Shown: piece after piece, positions 26,501 through 38,137 of the stretch
Layout of the letters: each line of letters opens with the position of its first letter
Numbering within the stretch: position 1 is the first letter of the stretch
Source: Lytechinus pictus
Taxonomy: Eukaryota
Assembly (NCBI RefSeq): GCF_037042905.1
Contig: NC_087263.1
Span: forward strand, 13,084,001-13,148,000
DNA: 64,000 bases
Direction of reading: 5' to 3'
Position numbers and translations under genes: made by a program
Notes under the pieces: model-generated
The model's input: only the letters and a program-made list of their open reading frames with translations
Told to the model about the DNA's origin: nothing
Databases searched by the model: none

Positions 26501-29159
26501 TTAAGACATTAAAAAAATCGTAACTATGCTATTCTTTAAGGAATTTCCCCCAAACTTTTATATATGTTTTATTTATATTTGACGTCCGAATGAACTTCAT
26601 TTTTTAGCATGATGGGACCATAAATTTAAAAAAGGGGAATTTTCTGACATACGATTAATTACATTGACTGTAGCTGAAATGAAAGATTTTTTTATAGAAA
26701 ACATAGGCCTACCGTTGCCTCCTCTCTTATACTCCTCAGTCATTTCAGTCACTTTAAATGAATTTTTATTTCAAATTTAAATGAAAATGAATATTGAAAT
26801 AACATTTAGATACCGATAACGAAGTCCATTCAATTTTCATGTCACTGACCAACTGTGATGCCAAAATTTATATAACTTGGATAAGTTTATTCCACAAGGC
26901 CTAGTTTTTACAAGAACATGAATGTGAGCAGATGATGTCACATCCCCACCTTCCTTTTTCTTATGTTATTACATGAAATTATGATTATTTCATTTTTCAT
27001 CCATGTGTGAATAATCTGTCTCCTTTACAATGAAACAAGTTGTAGCATTGAATATCTTATGCACTAAATCAGTTGTTAATCAATATTTATTTAGTTCTTG
27101 GAGGAAAAAATTGAATAAACCTAATTTCATATACTAAAATACAAAAGCACAAGTGGGCATACAAAATTATCATTTTGCTCATTCAATATCCAAAAAGAAA
27201 TGCCTAGAACTGTTTAATCGGAGGAATGCAAATCTTTAAAATGCCATAACTTTGCTGTTCATTGTCTGATTTCGATCAAATTTTCAGTGTTTCGTTCGTC
27301 TGATTTTTTCTTTATCTGTTCAAATTGTATCATTTTTCAACCTTGGGCACCTTTAAATCATGTAGAATGAGACAAAACGTAAATTATACAAAGGGACATA
27401 TCCAGCAATTTACAATAGACATGTAAATATGTGTTATTTCACAAAACCGTTTGGTGGCAAGTTCAGTGATATGCCAATGAAATGAGCGTGTTTCATGTAG
27501 TAATACATGTTCTGGGGCCCGTTTCATAAAAGCTGATATATATATCAATAAACCTAGGCGTACAATAACTGTAACAGGCTACTGAACGTGTGTCATTTGA
27601 TTGGTGGTGGCAAATTTGTCAAAGGAAATGCCCATAAAATAATGATAATCTATGTGGTGATGAACTATGGTAAATTACATAAAATCCACAGCCACAAATT
27701 AACTTCATAAAATTTCAATTTCATTTTGATACTGACAATAAAATCACACAAAGTTATGTAAATTCAAAATTAACATGATTGGTTCAAGTAATACACAATT
27801 CTTCTGTAACAGAATTTTTAGTCTCAATTTAACATACAATAAACATAACGTAGAAATATAATTTCTATAAATATGGGAATTGTGATTTCATTACACCGTA
27901 CATAAAATAGCAAATCAACGTTTTGACAAAAAGAATAGCACATAAAGAACGAAACATCATACAAAGAACATGCATGTTATGACAGTAATAATTACTACCT
28001 TAATCATAGCTACACATCCCATACATATAGGGACATGGCAATGTCAAAGAATGGATTGCTTGATTAATAAGTGTCACAGACAGACAACATGCTAAAAAAA
28101 TAAAGTTACCCTAGACAAGCAGCATATTAAACAAAATAAAAAATAATACAGATGTATGGAACAATATTAGACATGTTACTGGCAATACCAACAACATGGT
28201 TCTCCTTGTTACATATAATATTTTTTCATATATCTCCTCCTTCTACCAGCATTATAGATGGCACATGATTTCTAAAAGCAAACATGATTAATAAGCCATG
28301 TGTTAAAAAGACATATTTATTCAATTTCAAATCAATTAGTTCTAAATTCACTTTTAAAAAAGCAAATAAAAAATCATTCTTAAGATTTCTGTATATCTAT
28401 CACCAACATTTTTTGACAAGCAAAAAAAAAAAAAAAATGGTTATCAACAAAAAATTCAGGGAGGGACCCCCCCCAAAAAACACCTCACATTTAGGGGGGA
28501 CACGAACCCCCCCCCCCCCCTCCCCCCGCTGCCTATGGTTCTCGGGTACATATATGATATAGTTAACATTGACGAATAGGCTAACCAGAAGTTTCCAATT
28601 AAGTAGACTTGTCACATCTTGATAGAAGTAATGTAATATGAGAAAATCAGTCTTGTCAACCCTTGGTCTACTAGTGGACTTTCTGCCTCATGGAACCCCC
28701 CCCCCCCCACATGCAGGCTATGTTACGGTGGTTAATTTCAGGGGGATAATAATGACAAATGTTATTTTCTTTAATTCAAGATTTCCATATTGCACCACTG
28801 TTATTTATTATTATTATGAAGATGTTATCCAAGAACTATTGCCTTTTATTAGCTTATCTAATTTGAAGGTAGGGAAGAAAACTAATTATTACGATTGAAT
28901 TTAATTGTACGAATGAGCAAGATTACAACATCAGCGCGCAAGGGGTTAAAGTGGAGGCCCCGGTAGAGAAGAGTAACCACCTTTCAACATTAAGAACCCA
29001 GTGCACTAGAGTAGGGGGGAAACCCCGGTGTAGTCTTCCATCTTCATCCCCCTAATCAGTTCAATTGGGAGAAGACCTAGGGGTCATAGTGATTCAGTTC
29101 GTCTTTCACCCCTCTCGCACAGGTGATGCCAAACAAATTATTTATTTAAAAAAATGAAA

Positions 29160-29196
29160 ATAATAATAGTAATAATAATGGTAATAGTAGTAGTAA

Positions 29197-29249
<53 letters not shown>

Positions 29250-29280
29250 AAAACGACAACAATAATAATAATAATAATAA
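29160..29280. repeat. (AGT)n/(AAT)n microsatellite
   Basis: Direct reading of the sequence. Confidence 0.9.
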
Positions 29281-29694
29281 CCTGTTCACACCAGAACCAA
29301 GTGTCCCTATATGCCCAATAATGACCCATTCCGTAATTTAGTGTTACAAGGGATTTGAACCCAGATTTTTGTTTTGGAAACTTAGCCACCCGACCATAGC
29401 ACATCCACATTACCTCATCAATAATACAGCCCAATTTGTGGGGGCTATCAAATTTACCATATAATATGACAGAATTGAATAAAAAAGGATTGTACATACA
29501 TGTCCATAAAAATCATTTCTATTAGATGATCTTTACAATCATATACAGATTTCACTGTAGAGAATTCTTTGCCAAAGTTCAGGGGTTTTTTTTAAATCAC
29601 AGAAATCTGTTCCACTTAGGAGAAATTTGACTTTAAACTAAGAGGGATATAACACATGTTTTGCATAATCAGACTTGATGCATATTTGACACAT

Positions 29695-29963
29695 AAATAA
29701 TAATAATATGCAACATTAATATAGCGCTTGAAATGTTTCTAAGCGCTGCATACCATTACCCCCGCTTTAGCATAGCTACCCTGATCGGGCGCATGAGCAT
29801 TCAAGGAATTCCTTCCTAACAGGTACCCATTTACTACACCTGGGTGAAGAGTGGCAAATGTAGATAAACGCCTTGCCAAAGAACGCAAGTGCTGCGGTGG
29901 GATTAGAACCCCGGACCTCGTGGTTCAAAGTCCGGAGACTTATCCACTGAGCCATAACACCTC
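29695..29963 (-). mobile_element. tRNA-derived SINE
   Basis: Minus strand: A box tggctcagtgg, B-box-like ggttctaatccc, ctttggcaaggc...cttcacccagg core, and aagcgctata plus (tta)n tail. The 3' half resembles the SINE at 21250. Confidence 0.85.
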
Positions 29964-30429
29964 TACATATATACCTCTATAAAAGGTCAACTCATGCAAG
30001 TTAACCTGCAATTTAATGAGCGTAGCACTGCTTACATATACCAATTGCATAAATATAACAATTCATTATACCACGATATGTTTTCTGACATGAATGAACT
30101 ATAAATCATTATACTATAAATATATTTGATCAAATCATTACACTACGAATATACAAGTGCAGACAATTCTACCATGATTACATTACATGATTGTCAAATA
30201 ACAGTGTAAAATTAAAACTACAACTTCTTTTGAAAGTTATCCACCATCTCGTCAATAATCGCCTAGTGTGTCTATCAATTCTAAAACAAAATGCCAAGAC
30301 TAGTACACACAGTTACAAACGTTAAAATATAATACAGGAGTTGGAAAAGATAAAGCTTGGAGCATTTTACAATAAATAACATATAAACAGAACCTTGCTT
30401 TCAAAGTGCATAGTTTTCAAGACAAACTA

Positions 30430-31170
30430 ATCCCTATTTAGCCCGGGCTATTTTGAAATTGCATAGCCCGGGGGGGGGGGGGGCAAAAAAGCCCCCCCCC
30501 CCACAGGTGTCAATCATTCATCGCAAGATCGCGACGAAAATTGGTACGCACATCACTCATGATGTTATCTCCACAATTCAACTGTTGATTGTACAAAAAT
30601 TATTCAAATTTATTTTTGATTAATTATTCCAATTAATGCATAAAATCATAATTTGCCTGTAAATATTTGAATATACATGTAGCCTCAATCTCCACAATTC
30701 AACTGTTGATTGTACAAAAATTATTCAAATTTATTTTTGATTAATTAATTATTCCAATTAATGCATAAAATCATTATTTGCCTGTAAATATTTAAATATA
30801 GCCTCAATAACTGCTAGATTTTGGTCTGGACACTCTTCTTAGGATTATTATCAAAGGAATATTAAACAATGGCAATATCAATTTTTTTCTTATGTATTTT
30901 ATTGCTTTTTAAAGTTCTTATTTCTGTTTTTCGACTTTTTTTCATTGTTTTTTCAATGAAAATTGTCAGCAACACTTTTCACTCATTAATAACATGAAAT
31001 CTATTGCTTTTAATTAGTAAAAATTACGTGTTTGAGCAAGTTTGGGTGTGACATGCACTTACAAAAAGTTACATAACTTTAGAATCACGTTCCCCGCGTT
31101 GCGAATTTGGTCTTATAAGTTGTTGACTTGAAGGAAAAAAGCCATGAAACATGGCAGCGCGATCTTCTCG
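30430..31170. mobile_element. Truncated reverse-orientation relative of the piggyBac-like element, with an internal ~120-bp duplication
   Basis: Begins ccctatttagcccggg...gggggcaaaaaagccccc. Interior is the reverse complement of parts of 32213..32982. Direct repeat at ~30567 and ~30688. Confidence 0.6.
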
Positions 31171-32212
31171 CGAAGAGTTAACAGAAATACAGAACTATAG
31201 TACATGAATAAAGATTACATAGGGGTTCACAGGTGTGTAACAAGCATCAAAGCCTTACAAAGCATTTCATGGGCCCAATTGTCTGGGGACAATAGTGACT
31301 CTATTATGCTTGTGCATGGGCCCATACATTTCTTTGTCATAGTTGATGCTGGATACGCTAGTGGTTCAGTTCTAGATGCATGATCCTCTGTTCCTCTGTG
31401 TCCAGCTCCTTGTAGAATTCAGCATCTAAAAAGTTGGAGTGGTCCTGGGGAGGGACCGTTAACACAAATCTGTGCCGCCAGAAGGAGTTTGTACCAACCC
31501 TTACGCTATGTTAGATTTACTGACCCAACAGCTGTTCACTAAGCCTAATCTTGTTTACCTCAACAGCCAATCACAGCCAGTCATTCAGTATCCACTGTTT
31601 TATTTTTTTGTTCTATTATATATTGTTTCTTTCTAGCATTCAGTTCATTCGTGTGATTTAAGTCTGATGTCTTTATGAGTGCATGTAAAAAATCTTCAAT
31701 AGGTCTGTGTTCAATGCTATTTTCCAATCAAATCTACCATCACATGTGTTTTATAATGTTAATATACATGTATATATATATTATAGGACTTTAAGGTGGT
31801 AGGCAGGGTTATATCATGTATTCTTAAACATATACTATGGAATAGGTTCACATTATAGAAAAAAAAAATCAAAATAAAGTGAGCTAAAGCACTTTTATAA
31901 AATCTTTGGTAATCTATAAAAAAGTAAGTGATTTGGATTGTCATTCATTAACCCATACTTCAGTAGAATTCTTTAAAATGGCTAAATATAATGTCCAATT
32001 ACAGGTAGTGTAACAAGCACACAAAACAATTTGTTTTGAGTCAAAAATTAGCAAACTATGATAAACAAGAATTAAAATGCACTGCATATTTCAGTTTTAA
32101 TGTCGAAGATGGATCTGCTAATAGTCTTAAACTTTTAAATTCTGGATTCTGTAAAATCATATTAGTTAAATAATGTTTACAGCATATTATTCTGAAATTT
32201 TGTTATTCTTAA

Positions 32213-32982
32213 CCCTAATTCTCTCGGGGGGGGGGGGCCATAATGGCCCCCCCCTTGACAATTTTCGCGATATATCTGCTGCGCAAATTTTTTTGACCTC
32301 GCCGCTCACTGACTTTTTACTTTCAAGTCTCGCGCAAATTTTGAGACCAAATTTGTGACGCCCGGGTACACGGTTACGACATTACGCTACATTATGTAAG
32401 TGCATGTCAGACCCAAAATTGCTCATAAACGTGATTTCATGTACAAATCCAATGCAAATTGTGTATTTAGCCAAAATTCATAAATGTATCATTATTTCTA
32501 CTTTTACTGATTAAACTGAATTAATTTTGCCTTGTTTATGATCAGAACTAAGTCTGGAATGATTTCCATTGAAAAAACAATAAAAAACAAAAAGTAAAAA
32601 AACTAAGAAATACATAAGAAATTCATAAAACAATAAAATACATAAATAATTGATTTCCGAACCGAAGTTTTTTTAATTGCGATTGTTAAGATTGCTACAA
32701 AGAATTTTTTTACCAAAAATTAGCATTCTAGGAGCTTTATTTAGTGAATTATAGCAAAAAGTATGATTTATGCATAAATTAGCATAATTAATTCATATAA
32801 AATAAAATCTCATTATTTTGGAAAATTTTACCATACAGCCTTGTAGATTACATCGCACACTACCAGTGTGCAAACTTTTGCGTCGCTCGCGCAATCGGCG
32901 GCCGAGATCTTAAGGGGGGGCCATAATGGCCCCCCCCCCCCCCGGGATTGACAAGAATCAAAATACCCCGGGAGATTGAGGG
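32213..32982. mobile_element. Non-autonomous piggyBac-like element
   Basis: TTAA on both sides (32209-32212, 32983-32986), CCCT...AGGG termini, and subterminal ggggccataatggcccc palindromes at both ends. Confidence 0.85.
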
Positions 32983-33998
32983 TTAAGGTTCATTAGCCAA
33001 AGGTCCTCAATCCAAAGAACTGTTATTGCAAAAATAAATTAAGGTTTGTATTCATGTATTGAACTCTTCAAATCATCCCTCAAAACTCACTTAATACAGC
33101 AGATGTGTAGTAAAGAGCTCAATTGGATGAGCCTGCGCCTTTGAATGTTTATAACAGAAATATGGAGCAATACCTACATGTATTCTGGGGATCATCATCA
33201 TCATCATCGTCGTGCTAAATATCCATCCAAGGGGGCACTGCAAGAAAATATTTGCAATCATTTGCAAATTTCAGATGCAAATTTACAAGTGATAGATCAA
33301 TTTCAACTGAAGCAAATCAATTTATATTTGTTTGTACAAGAAGCAGACCATCACTCAATTGCAAATTTGCAATGAAATGCATGAATTCAATTGACTTTGG
33401 GACCTAAAATTGACTTGCAATTAACTGCCAGTTTCTGGCAACGCCCCATTTTTTTCTTTCGATCATGCATAAACATGATACTATTGGAGTGAAAATAATA
33501 ATATTCCACTTTTTCATTAGGGGCATAATGATGATGATGATGATGATGATGGGTTCTTGTATAGCGCCGGTATCCGCCTCAGCTGGGCGCTCATGGCGCT
33601 TGCTCAAAAATAGGAAATATCTCACAAATTTCAATGTCTTCAAACAGTGCTTAGGATCATCATTCAGTTCAAGTACTGTCCTAGTAATGCTACAATTGAG
33701 TTATTCTTGCAATAATGTTGGAGTGGGGAACAGAAAAGTCTTCAGGTAAGACTCAAAAGTTGATAACACTGCACATTACCATGCCTGCAAGCACTGCAGG
33801 CTGATATTATGGCATTCATACGAAATGCGATTTGGCCCAAATCATGCATCAATGTTACACTAATATTGATAGTACACTAAATATCATATGGCACTTAAAT
33901 GACTAAGCTTCGACTGTACAAGATGAAATTCAGCAAGCTGGCTTGGACGTCTAGCATTAGCAACAGATACATATTTACATATTGCACAGTGATCACTG

Positions 33999-34343
33999 TC
34001 ACCTATTCAGTGTGCTAGTAATTAAACCTTGCAACACCTGTCCTAATGTGAAAATCTTAAATCGAGTATACTCATACGGCCCGTTCATCCCGCCCTCGAA
34101 GAGGAGAGCAAGATGGGGGAGGGATGTCCCGTTTGCGTCGACCATCTCGAAGTAGGCGATGTCGGAGTACGCAGCGAAGACGTCGTGGATCTTGAAGGGC
34201 TTCGACCACGACTGGCAGCCGTCGATGCTGAGGCGGAGGGCGAGGTTCTGTCGCTCGATGCGGTCAGCGGGGTTGGAGAGGAGGACCCACGTGGCTTGAC
34301 CGATGCGGATGCCCTTGGGTCTCGGGAATGCTATGACGCTTGC
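33999..34343 (-). CDS. Sialidase/neuraminidase (GH33), coding exon 10
   Basis: aag acceptor, phase 0. ASVIAFP...LLSNPADRIERQNLALRLSIDGCQSW...AAYSDI...LALLFEGG...FKIFTL* includes an Asp-box, a triad Arg and the catalytic Tyr. Confidence 0.92.
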   Translation of the reverse strand, partial: ASVIAFPRPKGIRIGQATWVLLSNPADRIERQNLALRLSIDGCQSWSKPFKIHDVFAAYSDIAYFEMVDANGTSLPHLALLFEGGMNGPYEYTRFKIFTLGQVLQGLITSTLNR

Positions 34344-34529
34344 CTTGATATGATGAAATGAGAAATAGAGGATGTGAAATGAGTGATTGCAGGAATAAAT
34401 CTTTGGTGAGGATGGTAATTGTAATATACGTGTCAATGATCAAGGCAAGTCTCATGTTAGAATGAAAAGATTGCAGACTAATGTCAGGCCAGTCTCCCCG
34501 ATTGCCTCCCCCTTGTTCGATATGCATAC

Positions 34530-34960
34530 TATTCATCATCACCACTAAAATCATTATCTTCACCACAATCATCAACACCATTATCCGAATTATCCTCACC
34601 ACATTCATCATCCCTATCATCATCACCACCAGCACCCCCACCACCATCATCATCATCATTCTTATCACCAGTTTCACCAATATCATCATGATCATCACAA
34701 TCAGCATCATTATCATCTCCATCATCAGCATCATCATCATCATCATCACCATCATCATCATCACCATCATCATTGTCATCATCCTCATCTTCATCATAAC
34801 TATCATCATCATCATCTTCATCATCATCATCATCATCATCACCATCATCACCTTCATCATCTTCATCATCATCATCATCATCATAATCATCTTCATCATC
34901 ATCATCATCACCATCATCGTCATCATCACCCTCACCATCATCAGTCATCATCATCACCAT
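34530..34960. repeat. (ATC)n low-complexity microsatellite in a sialidase intron
   Basis: Direct reading. It produces the poly-M, poly-I and poly-D ORFs. Confidence 0.92.
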
Positions 34961-34962
34961 AC

Positions 34963-35157
34963 CTGGCATCCGCCAGCAGCCCGAGGAGATGATTTCCCCT
35001 GATTGGTAATCTTCCAACCTGGTTCGATAAGCTCCTCTTTCAGCTGGGTCTCCGACAGGGTGGCACCCCCGTCAAAACTGTAGATGACCGCCCTCGTCTG
35101 CTGGAAATTGAGTGTCCTGCTATTCAGGCTTACCACACCGTTATCCAGTTCTACGGC
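34963..35157 (-). CDS. Sialidase coding exon 9
   Basis: cag/gt bounded, phase 0-0. AVELDNGVVSLNSRT...YSFDGGATL...LIEP...GCQ. Confidence 0.92.
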
Positions 35158-36029
35158 CTGTTGGAAAGATGAATAAAATCACAATGGAAAAAAATATTCA
35201 AACTATTCAAAATCATTCAAATTATTTTCAAGGCATTTAAAGGATATAAGGATATAATAAAAATATCAAACGCGAAAGAACATTGCTGTGAGCCCATATT
35301 CATAATCTGACAGAAATCAAGGAAATTCTCAGGCCAAAATTTGTATGTAGTCCCATGGATGCATTTTGGTGTGCAGTAAATAATAATATTAATATTCTGC
35401 TTTTATACAACACTTAAGTGGAACATCTCTTCATGCTGTGCTTTACAGATATGACACTCTAAATAATCTAGAACTAATCTCTGATTATTTTCGTGATTTT
35501 AAATTATTCTCATTCATAAGTGTATCGTAATCAACATTCCCACTGGCTTTAACATAGTTTATTCCATAAATCAATCTTATTTCCAAAACTTTCTTACTGT
35601 TATCTTTAAATAAAAAATAATTTTCTGCATTCATAAAGTGCTATCACAACAGAAAGACATCTCAAAGCACAGATCTACTATTACCCCCCCCCCAACATTG
35701 GATCCTGGCTTGCCTTCATGCAGTGTAAGCACAATCTCCACTCCCTCAGTACTTTTTCATGAAAAGCGGGCAATCGGGTTCCAACTTACAAAGCTCTGAG
35801 TTGCTTCAAAATAGAGCAGCATTTCTGGTCAGTAAATAGGGATTAACTTTTCATAATCAGCTATATTTGGGGCATATCGTGCTACCACAAAACTTTGGGC
35901 ATATCATTATATATCAACATATTCATAAAACCATCATCGAATATTCAATATTTTTTCAATATGGCATAATTTTGATAATATCAAAATATCTCCCAGCACT
36001 AGTGTGAATTACCTTTGTGCTACACTCAC

Positions 36030-36175
36030 CATTACTTCATTAGGATGAATAGGAATGCGGAAGGAATCCCGTTTAAATTTTGATCGTCCACCAATCGTCC
36101 AGGTGTTACCCCCGTCGTCACTGTAGATGACTCGGTTATAATTACTGCAATTCTGGCAAAGACCGTGTAGTGATT
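36030..36175 (-). CDS. Sialidase coding exon 8
   Basis: cag/gtgagt bounded, phase 1-0. Asp-box YSDDGGNTW and the HPNE catalytic Glu motif. Confidence 0.92.
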
Positions 36176-36306
36176 CTGTTGTGATATCATGAAACAACGA
36201 TAAAAATGAATATAAGAGGTTTAATGATATTGGTCACTTTAAAGAAAAAAATCCACAAATCATGCTAATCACGACTGACCCATATTTCGACCAACAGTTC
36301 ACCACC

Positions 36307-36449
36307 AGGGGAGCGTTTCATGAAAGGACTTGTCAGACGTTTTATCCGACAGTTACCATAGTAACAGTGCCTCACAGCCAATCAAAATCAAGGAAAGATG
36401 TCAGATATGACAACTTGTCGGACAAAAATCTTGATGAAATGCTCCCCTG
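36307..36449. mobile_element. Short MITE (second copy ~40964..41126)
   Basis: caggggagcgtttcatgaa / ttgatgaaatgctcccctg inverted ends. Confidence 0.7.
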
Positions 36450-37005
36450 GTTCCATGCCTTAACATCACATGCAAGCTTCAGGGAACAAAATTATATGGG
36501 GGCTGGGGGCAATTTAGCCACCGAAGTGCTCAAAAGAGCCCTGGAAATCCCCATTCATCGCAATTTTAAAGCTAATCCAATGTTACAGATTTAGGCAGTA
36601 AGTTGCGAAAAGTATCCCCCCCCCCCCCCCGAAAATATAAAATATAATTTCTTGCCTGGCAAGCTCCCTCCCCCTCCAAGATTTCTTGTTATACTATACA
36701 TGTTGAATTGACATTTTTCAATAATAAACGGTTTAGGATGATTGCATCTAGTCTCTCAATAGAAGCAGATGTGAAATAATGTGCATGATTAAACAGTTTC
36801 TCAGAAATTCCCACTAGGCATGGAATTCCATACCATATACATGTACAATGGGGCTTCTCACAACACTCACAAAACACTGATATTACATAAATGTAACTTT
36901 TTTAATCCTTCAATGAATTTTTACATAATCTTAATCAATATTTTTATCTCTGTTTTCTGCTTTATCGAGACAAAAGTGATTGTAGGGTTTTAAGACAATA
37001 CTCAC

Positions 37006-37083
37006 TCCCCCTCTTGTCTTGTGTAAAGTAATTACAAGGAACCACGAGACGGCCACACTTCAGCTGGATACTGTGCCCCGGAC
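37006..37083 (-). CDS. Sialidase coding exon 7
   Basis: cag/gtgagt bounded, phase 1-1. GPGHSIQLKCGRLVVP matches the sialidase GPG.GIQL..GRL.VP motif. Confidence 0.9.
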
Positions 37084-37716
37084 CTGAAATGAGATATGAT
37101 TCTATAATTCTTACACTCTCTTATCACTTATTCACAATCCTTTCATATTTGCGTTCTGTACGAGAGATCAGCGTTATACAAGCCTCATTTCTTAGTTGGT
37201 CTTTTTTTTGGTGACACAACATTTTCTCCGGCGACAACTGCTCCAAGATCTATTTTTTCTATGATATGGGTTAGAATAGGGTTTTATGTTAGGTTTAGGA
37301 TAGGGTATAGTGTTAAATCCAGGGTTGTAGTTGATCATTCCATTAATATGTGGAATATGCAGCGGAGCAATTGTCGCCAAACCAAATGTCATGGAACCTT
37401 TTTTTCACTTCTCTTCTTTTTTTAAGCATATATACAACTATTCATACTCTTACTTAATCTTAGGAAATGATATTAGTTTATTTTATAGTTTATTATATAG
37501 TTTATTGTACTTTGCTCGCAATGTTATTACAATTTGCAAGAGTAAGCTCATATTTTTGATGTTTTTTTTATAATTGATTTGTATATATATATATTTCTGA
37601 TTTGTATGTTGAAATATTGATATAGAAATGAAATAAACCAATAAATTCAAATCAAATTCAATTCAAATAACAATAATGAGTTTTCTATCATAATGGTCCT
37701 TGAACACAGTTACATA

Positions 37717-37958
37717 AAGGCCCCGTCACATCGTTCCGTGCAAGCCTTGTGGGTGAGTTGCCGGCAATCATCCGCATCTCAACCGCAACAAAGTTTTGAG
37801 CATGTTCAAAAATTGTCTGCGTGCAAATCAGACTTGCGTGCACTTCTGCGGGGCAACTTCATGTGAAATACGGTCAATGCGGGCAACTCGCGGGTAGCAA
37901 AAATTCTCACCCGCAAGTCAAACGCAAAACTTGCACGGCACAATGTGACACGGCCTTT
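37717..37958. mobile_element. MITE (Harbinger-like ends)
   Basis: aaggccccgtcacat / atgtgacacggcctt inverted ends. Confidence 0.6.
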
Positions 37959-38043
37959 ATAGAAGAAATCTATGATGAATTTCCTCTCTACCCGTCAAAT
38001 GGCTCCATTTCCGGGGTTATTAGGAGGGCCAAGATTTCCTTAC

Positions 38044-38137
38044 CTGGAACCATTAGAACAGGAACAGGGAACATCTTCAGGATGGTCTGGTGAGAGATGT
38101 CTTCATGAGTAGTCCAGGTCTCGCCCAGGTCATACGT
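38044..38137 (-). CDS. Sialidase coding exon 6
   Basis: cag/gtaag bounded, phase 0-1. Asp-box TYDLGETW. Confidence 0.9.

Noticed and set aside
34264..35017. Poly-Met, poly-Ile and poly-Asp ORFs
   Set aside because: They come from an intronic (ATC)n microsatellite.
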